This document shows positions 21,010 through 30,683 of a stretch of 64,000 nt of DNA, one piece after another. Position 1 is the first letter of the stretch. Each line of letters opens with the position of its first letter. Under the pieces are notes generated by a model. It was not told the origin of the DNA, did not search any database, and worked only from the letters and a program-made list of their open reading frames with translations. This stretch comes from Vulcanimicrobiota bacterium (GTDB taxonomy: Bacteria; Vulcanimicrobiota; Vulcanimicrobiia; Vulcanimicrobiales; Vulcanimicrobiaceae). The stretch spans positions 288,001 through 352,000 of the forward strand of contig CAVTCS010000003.1 in assembly GCA_963733295.1 (NCBI GenBank). Reading direction: 5' to 3'. A program made the position numbers and the translations under genes.

Positions 21010-21939
21010 TTACGGACTCGCCGACGGGCTCGCGCTTGGTGTCGGGCTCGCGGCGTGCGCCGCTGCTTGATGCGCGTCGTATTTCGCTTGATCGAAGTAC
21101 CAGTCCGGAAGCGTGTCGGGATACTCGAAGTTACTTTGCTTGTAAACGAAATTGATCCCGATCTTGGCGATCAAAGCCTGCGCCTTGACGTAACCCCGCA
21201 CGGCCGTCAGAACCTGCGTGGTCGTATCCTCATCGTAGAACGCCTCGAACGTCACGCGCGCGACTCTCTGATTGGCTTCCGCGACGGCGCGTAGGTGAAC
21301 GACGCCCAGAGTCTTGGGGTCGATCCACATGTCGGTCAACAGATGATCGGCGGGATGGTAGAGCGCGACCAGGGAGAGGTGCACGGTCTCTTTGCCGTCT
21401 TTGGTTTCATAGCCGACGAACGTTACGTCGTAGGGGCGCGACCGGGTTTTCACCTTTCCGATCTGCTGCGGAGCGCCTGAAGCCTGGGGCGTCGGGACAG
21501 CGGTCGGCTCGGGCGTCGGGATCTCGATCGGCGCATTTTTGAATCCGCCGAGCCGCTGCTGTACGAACGCGAACGAAAAGTCGGGACCGAAGCAGCGGTC
21601 GGTGATCTGCGTTTTGTCAGGCCGGTCGCGGCTGTCGAGTGGTGTTCCCACGACGAGGCACTTGCCGTCGTGATAGCGGAAAAAGACGTGGTCCTTACGC
21701 TCCTTTCGCTTTCCGGTGAGCACGTAAGCGAGGTCGGTGTCGTACGTCGCAAAGTGCTCTCGCGGCAGGGCGCGCCAGTGGTCGTATGCGGCGTCGTACC
21801 AGTACTCGCCGATCGAAGTCGGCGTCGGCTGCGGTGGTGAGGGCTGCGGCGACTGAGCGCCGCCGGGTTTCGAGAACAGCGCGACGGCCGCAGCGGCGAG
21901 CGCCCAGGCCGCGAGCATCCGGACGGATCTTTTGGTCAC
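21010..21939 (-). CDS. Secreted hypothetical protein
   Basis: Signal peptide and Pro/Thr linkers; DMWIDPKT resembles LolA-like folds (weak). Confidence 0.65.
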   Translation of the reverse strand: MTKRSVRMLAAWALAAAAVALFSKPGGAQSPQPSPPQPTPTSIGEYWYDAAYDHWRALPREHFATYDTDLAYVLTGKRKERKDHVFFRYHDGKCLVVGTPLDSRDRPDKTQITDRCFGPDFSFAFVQQRLGGFKNAPIEIPTPEPTAVPTPQASGAPQQIGKVKTRSRPYDVTFVGYETKDGKETVHLSLVALYHPADHLLTDMWIDPKTLGVVHLRAVAEANQRVARVTFEAFYDEDTTTQVLTAVRGYVKAQALIAKIGINFVYKQSNFEYPDTLPDWYFDQAKYDAHQAAAHAASPTPSASPSASP

Positions 21940-21989
21940 GGCTTTTTCAACGAATCGCCGGCGGGAAGAGTTGCCTTGCCAAGCGGAGG

Positions 21990-22496
21990 CTATGGTACGA
22001 CCTCGCGCACGCGACCGGTTTCGACCTCGTAGACGAACCCGCGCACGCGGTCACGATGAGGCAGGAACGGGTAGGATCGAACGCGCGCGAGAGACCGCCG
22101 GACTGCTTCGTCGACGTCATCGAAGGCTCCGAGCTCGAGCGGAAACTCGCGTCCGGCTTCGGCCGAGATTTGCGAACGAAACGCGTCCTCGTTCATGCCG
22201 AACAACCCACAATCGGAGTGATGCATCAGAATTATCTCGCGCGTCTGAAGCTTCCGCTGTGAGATGACCAGCGAACGCAGCATGTCGTCGGTGATCAGGC
22301 CACCGGCATTCCGCAGAATGTGCGCTTCTCCCGAATCGAGACCAAAGACTCGGAAGATATCGATTCTCGAATCCATGCACGTGACGATTGCGACGTTCCG
22401 CGTGGGAACGACCGCGCGAGGCCCCTCGAAACGGGCTTGGTGTTGCAGGGCGTTGGCGACGAGCCGATCGGTTGCAGTGTCCTGGGAATCGTCCAC
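21990..22496 (-). CDS. Beta-class carbonic anhydrase, clade D (Rv1284/COS-hydrolase-like)
   Basis: Zn ligands CMDSR ... HHSDC; RNAGG, RSLVISQRKL and RGFVYEVETG. GTG start at 22496. Confidence 0.9.
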   Translation of the reverse strand: MDDSQDTATDRLVANALQHQARFEGPRAVVPTRNVAIVTCMDSRIDIFRVFGLDSGEAHILRNAGGLITDDMLRSLVISQRKLQTREIILMHHSDCGLFGMNEDAFRSQISAEAGREFPLELGAFDDVDEAVRRSLARVRSYPFLPHRDRVRGFVYEVETGRVREVVP

Positions 22497-22554
22497 ACCT
22501 GCCGTTACGGCAATGACGCCCGGAGTTCCGGGCTCCCGCGGCGTACAGGGCTGC

Positions 22555-23127
22555 ATGAAATCCTTTGCCCTCGCCGCCGCCGTGGTACTCCTCGCAGCTA
22601 CATCGCCCGTCTGGCTCGACGCGAAAGTTCTGTCGAACTGGAACGTCGCCGGTTCACAGCTTCCCGCGGCGCCGGGTCCGCGCGACCCGGGACTCGCGCC
22701 GGGTGGCCAATGCGCTTCGATGGTTCGCCCGCCTTCGATGCCGGAGGATCGCGCAGTCACCGGCAAAGGTTGGCTCTTGATCGACTCGTACCAGCGCTTC
22801 GGCAACACTTCGCTCGTGATGGGTACTTCGAGTGCCGACGGGATGTGCCGGCCGAACGGCTTTCAGGGATTCGTTTTCGTCGGCGGAGCGTTTGCGGGGA
22901 CGATCGCACCGCACCCGATGGACGCTCGCAGCGACGCCTCGCTCGGGGGCTACGGTGTAACGCTCGTCGACGCGCAAGACCTCGCGGGCTTCTTCACACG
23001 TTACGACGCACAGGACGCGCTGTGTTGCCCGCACGCGACCACGACGGTCCAATATAAGATCGCCGAGAAAAGCGGTCACGCGGTGCTGACGCCCATCTCG
23101 GCGTTCACCACGAAGAACTCGCAGTAA
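22555..23127 (+). CDS. Secreted LppP/LprE-like protein
   Basis: Signal peptide MKSFALAAAVV; DGMCRP ... YDAQDALCCP. Confidence 0.7.
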   Translation: MKSFALAAAVVLLAATSPVWLDAKVLSNWNVAGSQLPAAPGPRDPGLAPGGQCASMVRPPSMPEDRAVTGKGWLLIDSYQRFGNTSLVMGTSSADGMCRPNGFQGFVFVGGAFAGTIAPHPMDARSDASLGGYGVTLVDAQDLAGFFTRYDAQDALCCPHATTTVQYKIAEKSGHAVLTPISAFTTKNSQ

Positions 23128-23132
23128 GTGAA

Positions 23133-23825
23133 ATGAGAGGGAAGCCGATGCCTTTCGTCCTTTTGTCGCTCTTGGTGTTTGCCGGCGGCGCGCTCGGCGT
23201 TCTTGGCTTGCTCGGTGCCACCGGTGCCCACCCAACTGTCGTGGCCGATTCCGGAAGCGTTCGACAGACGCGGAACGTTGGAGCTTTCGATAAGATCGAC
23301 GCGGGCGGCGCGTTCGAAATCGTCGTGAACGCAGGAGCACCGTCGAGAACCGTCGTCATCGAAGCCGCGCCTTCGGTCGTCGGCCAAATAACGACCGAGG
23401 TGCGTGACGGCACGCTCGAGCTCGGAGAAAACAACTCGTACACCTGGAATTCCGGCCGCAGGCGCGTGACCATCGAGGTCCCATCGCTCTCCGTTTTTGG
23501 TCTGAGTGGCGCCGGCAGCGCCGACATCTCGAACGTTCACGGTTCGGTCTTTAGCGTCCGTGTGTCCGGAGCCGGAAACGTAAAGCTAGCCGGACAGACG
23601 AACAGCCTTTCCGCTGAGCTCAGCGGAGCCGGGACCCTCGACTCGGTTGCGCTCAAAGCGCGCAGCGTGAAAGTCTCAATCTCCGGAACCGGTAGCGCGA
23701 AGGTTTGGGCGAGCGACAAGCTCGCGGGCGACGTCAGCGGCGTCGGCTCGATTCAGTACTTCGGGAACCCGGCGCACGTCGAACGCTCGATCTCCGGCGT
23801 CGGATCGATCGGAGCCGGCTCCTAG
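23133..23825 (+). CDS. DUF2807 / head GIN domain protein
   Basis: Repeated SG.G motifs (LSGAGS, VSGAGN, ISGTGS, VSGVGSI) and YFGNP. Confidence 0.85.
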   Translation: MRGKPMPFVLLSLLVFAGGALGVLGLLGATGAHPTVVADSGSVRQTRNVGAFDKIDAGGAFEIVVNAGAPSRTVVIEAAPSVVGQITTEVRDGTLELGENNSYTWNSGRRRVTIEVPSLSVFGLSGAGSADISNVHGSVFSVRVSGAGNVKLAGQTNSLSAELSGAGTLDSVALKARSVKVSISGTGSAKVWASDKLAGDVSGVGSIQYFGNPAHVERSISGVGSIGAGS

Positions 23826-23844
23826 CGCGCTGCGTTCGCCGGCG

Positions 23845-24015
23845 TTATTCGCGGACGCCTAGGAATCTCAGGTAAAACGCTGCGAACACCAAGACGATTC
23901 CAATATTCACCGTCAGCCGTTCCCAGAAGCGGTGTCTGAAGAACAAGAAATCGACACCGACTATAACCGCTACCATCGCCACCATGTAAAGCACGATAGC
24001 CGCCTGTCTGCTCAT
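23845..24015 (-). CDS. Small two-TM membrane protein (56 aa), not in ORF track
   Basis: Manual translation: MSRQAAIVLYMVAMVAVIVGVDFLFFRHRFWERLTVNIGIVLVFAAFYLRFLGVRE*; immediately downstream of glnA. Confidence 0.65.
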   Translation of the reverse strand: MSRQAAIVLYMVAMVAVIVGVDFLFFRHRFWERLTVNIGIVLVFAAFYLRFLGVRE

Positions 24016-24055
24016 TTTGAGTTTTCCATCACGCGATTTACGTAGTGGATGCTAT

Positions 24056-25486
24056 TTAAAAAATGTTCCAGAGATACTGGTTGTAGACTTCGTGATGGTA
24101 CTGGACTTCTTGCGTTTTGACGATCGTGCCGAGCAGGCGAGGGCATCTATCCGCGCTGGCTTCTTTCAGGTCGGCGTAACGGGTCTTCACGTCCTCGCCG
24201 AGTAGCGTCGTCGTCCAGCTCGAAGCCCGGAAATTCGCCATCGCGTCGTAAATATTGTCCGGCAGATAGCGCTCGGCCTGACGCAGGTTCTTCTCGTCGC
24301 TGATCGTTCCATAAAGTCCGGTCTGGAAGACCGACTGCATGACCATATACGGGTTCGCATCCGGCGCGACCGAACGAACTTCGACGCGGGCGCTGCGCTC
24401 GTTCCCGAACGGGATGCGGATCATCGCGCCGCGGTCGATCGCCGACGCTTTGATCTGATTGGGAGCTTCGAAATGCGGGTCGAGGCGGCGGTAGGCGTTC
24501 ACGCTCGAGTTAAGCATCAGGCACGTATCGTTGCCCCGCGTCAGGATCCGGTCGACGAACTGCCAGCCGAAGGTGCTGAGGTGTTCGTCCCCTTTGGCAT
24601 CCCAAAACAGGTTCTTTCCGCCTTTGCTGACCGAGACGTTCGTGTGCATGCCGTTGCCGTTGACACCGACGACGGGCTTGGGCAAGAAACTCGCGGTCAT
24701 CCCGAGCTTCGTCGCAACTTGACGACAGATCAACTTGTAGAGTTGAATCTGATCGGCGGCTGCGACTACTTCGCCATAGCTGTAGTTGATCTCGAACTGC
24801 GAGGGTGCCACCTCGGGATGGTCCTTCTCGTTTTGGAAACCCATCGCTCGCTGCACTTCCGCGACGGAGTCGATGAAGAGACGCAGCGGATCGCCCGGCA
24901 GCGAGTAGTAGTAACCGCCCGTATTGACGTACTCAAACTTTCCGGTTTCGGGGTAACGGCGCTCCGCGTCGATGCCGGCGAAGACGAATCCCTCGATTTC
25001 GTTGGCGGCGTTGAGGGTGTAGCCTTCCTTCTCAAACGCCTGTGTCGAGAGCTTCTTGAGGTTGCCGCGGATGTCGGCGGGGTACGGCGTGCCGTCCCGG
25101 CTCAGAACGTCACCAAACGCGAGGACCTTGCCCGAGCCGAAGATATCGCCCGGCGCGTAATAGAACGAACTCCAGTCGACCTCGAGCCTCAAATCGCTCT
25201 CTCGCTGGGCGGTGAACCCTCGAATCGACGATCCGTCGAACGTCAGGTTGTCGTACGACTTCAGCAAGAACTTCTTGTCGTAGTCGAGCATGTGCAGACG
25301 GCCTTCGAGATCGCTGAACATGAGCGTGACCGCTTTGAGTTTCTTTTCGTCAGTAAGGTATTTGAGGCGCTCTTCTTGCAGCTTGTCCATCGGAACGCGA
25401 TCTTGGCGCTGCTTTTTGGCCTTCAGATTGAGCTCTTCGAGCTCGCCGTAAGAGAGCATGAGGAAATCGCGCAGTTCGGTGGGCAT
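24056..25486 (-). CDS. glnA: Glutamine synthetase (type I family)
   Basis: FDGSSIRGF, HPEVAPSQFEI, FLPKP..GVNGNGMH, YRRLDPHFEAP and RVEVRS.APDANPY; AAGGAG SD. Confidence 0.93.
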   Translation of the reverse strand: MPTELRDFLMLSYGELEELNLKAKKQRQDRVPMDKLQEERLKYLTDEKKLKAVTLMFSDLEGRLHMLDYDKKFLLKSYDNLTFDGSSIRGFTAQRESDLRLEVDWSSFYYAPGDIFGSGKVLAFGDVLSRDGTPYPADIRGNLKKLSTQAFEKEGYTLNAANEIEGFVFAGIDAERRYPETGKFEYVNTGGYYYSLPGDPLRLFIDSVAEVQRAMGFQNEKDHPEVAPSQFEINYSYGEVVAAADQIQLYKLICRQVATKLGMTASFLPKPVVGVNGNGMHTNVSVSKGGKNLFWDAKGDEHLSTFGWQFVDRILTRGNDTCLMLNSSVNAYRRLDPHFEAPNQIKASAIDRGAMIRIPFGNERSARVEVRSVAPDANPYMVMQSVFQTGLYGTISDEKNLRQAERYLPDNIYDAMANFRASSWTTTLLGEDVKTRYADLKEASADRCPRLLGTIVKTQEVQYHHEVYNQYLWNIF

Positions 25487-25641
25487 CGTTTGTGTTTACA
25501 CTCCTTGACGGAAGGCGTGGAATGTTGTCGACGGCTTTCTCGGTCGGTGCGGCGTACGGCTGCCGATTCTTGCGGCCAAGAGTGACAAGGACAATTCGGG
25601 AGCGGCGCTGACCGGTCGCAAAGAAGGAGGTTCCCGCCGCC

Positions 25642-25824
25642 TCAGTGCTTGCCATGTCCGAGGTGCCAACCGTGGAATGGGCACGCGTACGGCCGCAACC
25701 CCGTACTCGTCCGTGGAATTGCCCGCTCGGCAAGCTTCTTGGTTGCGAACGCGGTCTTCGGCGAGCCGTTCTTCGTGTAGCAACCTCGCGGCCCCCCACG
25801 CTTGCGCGGGCTCTTTTCATCCAC
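25642..25824 (-). CDS. Small basic Cys/His protein (60 aa), possible Zn-binding
   Basis: GTG start; GCYTK...KTAFATKKLA...RPYACPFHGWHLGH. Confidence 0.55.
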   Translation of the reverse strand: MDEKSPRKRGGPRGCYTKNGSPKTAFATKKLAERAIPRTSTGLRPYACPFHGWHLGHGKH

Positions 25825-25863
25825 AGGGGAGGATTCGCCACGCTTTCCCTCCTCCTCGGGCAG

Positions 25864-25892
25864 TTGCCCTCGTAGGGCTTTGGCTGTACAAT
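25864..25892 (+). promoter_or_regulatory. Sigma70-type promoter of rpsR-rplI operon
   Basis: TTGCCC (25864-25869), 17 bp spacer, TACAAT (25887-25892). Confidence 0.65.
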
Positions 25893-26049
25893 TGCCGGGT
25901 TGTGGAGGCCTCACCCGTGGCCTCAACGGTACGGTAGCGACGGGTTCGTGGCGCGCGCGCCACGTGTGTAGGGCAAGGGGCGACGATCCGGCGCCACCTC
26001 GCCGATTCCACCTACATGCTCCTCCCTTTCGGAGGATAGGAAGAGATCG

Positions 26050-26304
26050 ATGGCCAGCAATTCCAAGAAGCGGGCGGCCGCGAAAAAAGAACGCCGCCCC
26101 AAGCGTAAGGTCTGCACGTACTGTGCCGAAAAGATTAGCGACATCAACTACAAAGACGTCACTCGGTTGCGAAAATACATCTCGGAACGCGGCAAGATTC
26201 TCCCGCGGCGCATCTCGGGGAATTGTGCCAAACACCAGCGCTTGTTGACGGTCGCCGTCAAACGAGCCAGGATCATCGCCTTTCTCCCCTTCGTCTCCGA
26301 GTAA
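26050..26304 (+). CDS. rpsR: 30S ribosomal protein S18 (Zn-binding C+ form)
   Basis: [20 protein letters not shown] and GNCAKHQR. Confidence 0.98.
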   Translation: MASNSKKRAAAKKERRPKRKVCTYCAEKISDINYKDVTRLRKYISERGKILPRRISGNCAKHQRLLTVAVKRARIIAFLPFVSE

Positions 26305-26308
26305 GAGT

Positions 26309-26758
26309 ATGAAGATCATCCTCCTCAACGACGTGAAGTCGCTTGGCACCATCGGAGACGTCATCGAAGTCGCCGACGGTTATGCGCGGAACTTTCTCCT
26401 GCCCAAGGGCTTGGCGGCCGAGGCCTCATCGGGCGCGCTCGCGCTGCTCGAACAGCAGCGCCGTGCGAAGTCGCGCCGCGACGCCGAAGCGCTAGCCGAT
26501 GCCGAGGCTCTCGCCAAGCAATTGGAGGACGTGACCGTTACCGTCTTCGCCAAGAGCGGCGGCAACGGGAAGCTGTTCGGCGCGGTAACCAACGCGAACG
26601 TCGCCGAAGCGATTTCGAAGGAATTGGGCATCGAACTCGACCGCCACAAGATCGTCATTCCGGACAACATCAAGTCGCTGGGCAGCTATCCGGTCGAAGT
26701 CCGGCTCGGCAAGAACCTCGTCGCGAAAACTACCGTTAAAGTCGTCGCTGCGAACTGA
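26309..26758 (+). CDS. rplI: 50S ribosomal protein L9
   Basis: MKIILL..V..LG..GD, GYARNFLLP and GKLFGAVT. Confidence 0.98.
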   Translation: MKIILLNDVKSLGTIGDVIEVADGYARNFLLPKGLAAEASSGALALLEQQRRAKSRRDAEALADAEALAKQLEDVTVTVFAKSGGNGKLFGAVTNANVAEAISKELGIELDRHKIVIPDNIKSLGSYPVEVRLGKNLVAKTTVKVVAAN

Positions 26759-26763
26759 GTCGA

Positions 26764-28717
26764 GTGGCGCAGGGGGCGGACCAAGCCTACGTCGCCCGCA
26801 TTCGCCGCAAATACGGCGGTGACGATGGAATGCGGCGCTACGTCGCGGCGCTGTACGAATTGCTGTCCGCGACCCTCGGCGCCGGAAAAAATGGTTCTGC
26901 GGGCGGGGAAACTCGACGCCCTCAAACTGATGCGATCCACCCAGTTGCCCGAGCGCATTTTGGCGCTCCAGCGGCTCGTTTTCGAAGATCCGACGCTCGA
27001 GCGGCTGCCCGTTCCCGGAAAACTCCGCGAGGCGATCGCCGAAATCGAAGACGGACTCGCCGATCTCGTCGCGCAGCGCGGTCCGTCGAGGACAAGATCG
27101 AGTCGCAAGGTCAGCTTGAAGATGGCCGAGCGCCACCAGGAGTACCTTGCGGAACTCAAACTCGAAGCGCTGCGTGAGGACGGAGGTCCCGAAACGCCGG
27201 CCACCCAGCGAAAGCTCGAGGAACTGGTCGAACTCGATGCGGCGAAAGCTGGCCGCCTCGGCCTTACAGCTGCTGCGTCCCGGGTCGCTCGGCGAGGTCG
27301 TCGGACAGCGCTCGGCGATCGCCTCGCTGCTGGCAAAGATCTCCTCGCCGTTTCCGCAGCACGTGCATTCTGTACGGGCCGCCGGGCGTCGGCAAGACGA
27401 CGGTTGCGCGGCTGGCGCTGGAAGAAGCGAAGCGGCGTGGGTACACGCCGTTCGCAGCCGATGCTCCGTTCGTCGAGGCGAGCGGCTCGACGCTGCGCTG
27501 GGATCCGCGCGAAACGACGAATCCGCTGCTCGGCAGCGTGCACGATCCGATCTATCAGGGAAGCCGTCGCGAGTTCGCCGAGGGCGGCATTCCCGAGCCG
27601 AAGCTTGGACTCGTGACCAAAGCGCACGGCGGGGTGCTGTTCATCGACGAGATCGGCGAGATGGACCCGCTGTTGCAGACGAAGCTGCTGAAGGTCCTCG
27701 AGGACAAACGCGTTTTGTTCGAGTCGTCCTATTACGATTCGAGCGATCCCAGCGTACCTGCGTACATTAAGAGACTTTTCGACGAAGGCGCGCCGGCCGA
27801 CTTCGTTTTGATCGGCGCGACGACGCGCGAGCCCGAGCGAGATCGATGCAGCGATCCGTTCGCGCTGCGCGGAGGTGTATTTCGAACCGCTCACCGAAGC
27901 GCAGGTTGGGGAAATCGTCGTGGGCGCGGCGAAGCGCCTGGGCGCAAAACTGGAGCGGCGGGTTGCGCAAACGATAGCTTCGTATACGATCGAGGGCCGC
28001 AAGGCGGTGCAGATCGTTGCCGACGCTCACGGTCACGCGCTCTATCGCGAGCGCGATAAGAAGAACTCCACTGCCGGGAAGCCGCCCGCGGTTACGATCA
28101 CGGAGCCGGACGTGCGGCTCGTCGTGCAGTCCGGCCGGCTCGTCCCTCACACGCCGGTGCGCGCGCGAAAGGCCCGCGAGGTCGGGAAGACCTTCGGCCT
28201 TGGAGTCTCGCACCACGTCGGCAGTCTGATCGAGATCGAAGCCGCCGCGTTTCCGGCACCGCAACCGCGTAAAGGCGTCGTCCGGTTCAACGAAACCGCC
28301 GGAACGATGGCGCGCGATAGCGTCTTCAACGCGAGCATCAGCGATCCGCTCGCTGATCGGCATCGACCCGCTCGACCACGATCTCCACGTCAACATCGTC
28401 GGCGGCGGCAACATCGACGGCCCTTCGGCCGGACTGGCGATTTTTCTCGCGCTCTACTCCGCGTTGACGCGAACGCGCCTGCCGCAGGACGTCGCGATCA
28501 CGGGCGAACTGTCGATTTCGGGTAAGGTCCGTCCGGTCGGCGGTATCGTCGAGAAAGTCTACGCCGCCCGGCAAGCGGGAATGCGCGCTCGTGCTCATCC
28601 CGAAAGAGAACGAGCGCGAGGTGGAACGCGCCTTCGGACCTCTTGAGATCCAACCGATCGGCACGATCGACGAAGCGCTCGAGATCCTCGCGCGTCACGC
28701 GCAAGGCGAAACGCTGA
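26764..28717 (+). CDS. lonC: LonC-type ATP-dependent protease, broken by about 8 apparent indels (probably sequencing errors)
   Basis: Fragments across frames give GPPGVGKT, NPLLGSVHDPIYQG, GVLFIDEIGEM, DGPSAG (catalytic Ser) and GGIVEK. Ends at TGA overlapping the dnaB ATG (TGATG). Confidence 0.8.
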
Positions 28718-30095
28718 TGGCGACGATCGCTCCGGGGAGCGTCGGCGGAGCCGACCGCATTCCGCCCAACAACCTCGAAGCCGAGATGGCGGTCCTCGGC
28801 TCGATCCTGGTCGATCGCGAGATGATGGCGACGGTATCAGCGAGATCGTGGCGGAGCACGACTTTTACGCGCACGTGCACGAAACGATCTTCGGCGCGTT
28901 GCTGCAGCTCTACGAACGCGGCGAGCCGCTCGACAAGATCACCGTCGCGGAGGAATTGCGCCGGCGGTCCCTGCTCGAGAAGGTCGGCGGCATTCCGTAC
29001 CTCAGCTCGCTGATGGACATGGTTCCGACGGCGGCCTCGGCCGAATACTACGCGCACATCGTTCGCGAGAAGGCGGCGCTGCGCGGCTTGATCCATGCGG
29101 GCACCCAGATCACGCGCATCGGATTCGAGGACGAGGAGGACGTCGACGGCGCGCTCGACCGCAGCGAGCAGATCGTGTACGAGGTCGGCCGGCGCCAACG
29201 GACCGGCGATTTCAATCCGATCTACAAGTTGCTCAAAGGGACCTTCGAGCAGATCGATCGTCTCTATCACAGCCACGGTGACCGCACCGGCATTACCTCG
29301 GGCTTCCGCGACATCGATCACTATACCGCGGGGTTTCAACCCGGCAACTTCATCATCGTAGCGGCGCGCCCCGCGATGGGGAAGACGTCGATGGCCCTCA
29401 CGATGGCGGCCGCCGCCGCCAAAGACGTTCAGAAACCGATTGCGATCTTTTCGCTCGAGATGACGAACGAAGAGCTCGTCTCGAGGTTGCTATGCTCGGA
29501 GGCGCGCATCAACGCGCAAGACCTGCGCAAAGGCAACATCAAAGATCACGAATGGCAGAAGATCTCGGACGGCATGAGCGTGCTCTCGCAAGTCCCGATC
29601 TTCATCGACGATTCGGGCTCGATCACCGTCACCGAGATCCGCAGCCGCTGCCGGCGCTTGCAGTCCGCCGAGGGTCTCTCCGCGGTCTTCATCGACTATT
29701 TGCAGCTGCTGCGTCCCGGCTCGATGACGCGCTCGCAAAACCGGAACGACGAGCTCTCGGAGATCTGCCGCGTCCTCAAAGCGACGGCAAAAGATCTACA
29801 GGTTCCAATCATCGCGTTGGCTCAGCTCAACCGCGGCGTCGAGTCTCGCAACGACAAACGCCCGATGCTTTCGGATTTGCGCGATTCGGGTGCGATGGAG
29901 CAAGAAGCGGATATGGTCGCGTTCTTGTACCGCGAGGCGTACTACAACCCGGAGAGTGCGCCGGAGCCGGATCTGACCGAATTCATCATCGCCAAGCAAC
30001 GCAACGGCCCGACCGGAATGATCAAGCTCCGCTTCCTCAAAGAGTACACGCTCTTCGTTCCGTACGGCGAGAGCAGCCACTTCAGCGCGCCGTAG
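28717..30095 (+). CDS. dnaB: Replicative DNA helicase (one apparent frameshift near 28836)
   Basis: PPNNLEAEMAVLGS N-terminus; AARPAMGKT, FSLEM, IDYLQL, SDLRDSGAMEQEAD and KQRNGPTG. Confidence 0.95.
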
Positions 30096-30099
30096 CGCG

Positions 30100-30654
30100 C
30101 TAGATGACCTTCGCTTCGGCGATTTCGTGAACTTCGGGGTCGCCGATGCCGTGGTGCAGATACGAGCGCGAGAGCTTCACGTATTCGGGTCCGGCGTGCT
30201 CGACCCAGCCGATCGCGGCGCCTTCGAGCTTTTTCTTGACCTGCGCGGGCGTGCCGGCCGCGACGCTTTCGGGCGGAATCTTTATCCCGACACCGACGAC
30301 GCTGCCGGCGGCGATGAGCGAGCGCCGTCCGATCGTCGCGTGGTTGAGCACGACTGCGTTGCTGCCGATGAGCGCGCCGCTCTCGACCACGCAGTCTTCG
30401 AGCACGGCGCAGTGACCGATCGTCACGTCGTCGCCGATAATCGTACTGCAGTCTTCGCTCACGTGGAGCACCGCGTTGTCCTGGACGTTGGACCGCGCGC
30501 CGATCCGGATCGGGCCATTGTCGGCGCGCACGACGGTGCCGAACCAGATGCTCGATCCCTCGCCGACCTCGACGTCTCCGATCAAGACGGCGGTCGGCGC
30601 CACGAAGGCCGTCTGGTGAACTTTCGGCGTCTTGCCCTTGTACTCGATGAACAT
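30100..30654 (-). CDS. Gamma carbonic anhydrase family hexapeptide-repeat protein
   Basis: IGDVEVG, SNVQDNAVLH and VTIGH. Confidence 0.9.
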   Translation of the reverse strand: MFIEYKGKTPKVHQTAFVAPTAVLIGDVEVGEGSSIWFGTVVRADNGPIRIGARSNVQDNAVLHVSEDCSTIIGDDVTIGHCAVLEDCVVESGALIGSNAVVLNHATIGRRSLIAAGSVVGVGIKIPPESVAAGTPAQVKKKLEGAAIGWVEHAGPEYVKLSRSYLHHGIGDPEVHEIAEAKVI

Positions 30655-30683
30655 GCGGCCCCTCCGGCGAAGGGAGGACGGCT

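Noticed and set aside
28591..29013. Apparent LonC-DnaB in-frame fusion ORF
   Set aside because: It lies in an indel-rich stretch; the TGATG at 28715-28719 indicates normal stop/start coupling.
30100..30654. Gamma-CA-family gene as part of the COS pathway
   Set aside because: Widespread housekeeping-type hexapeptide protein outside the island; no evidence of linkage.
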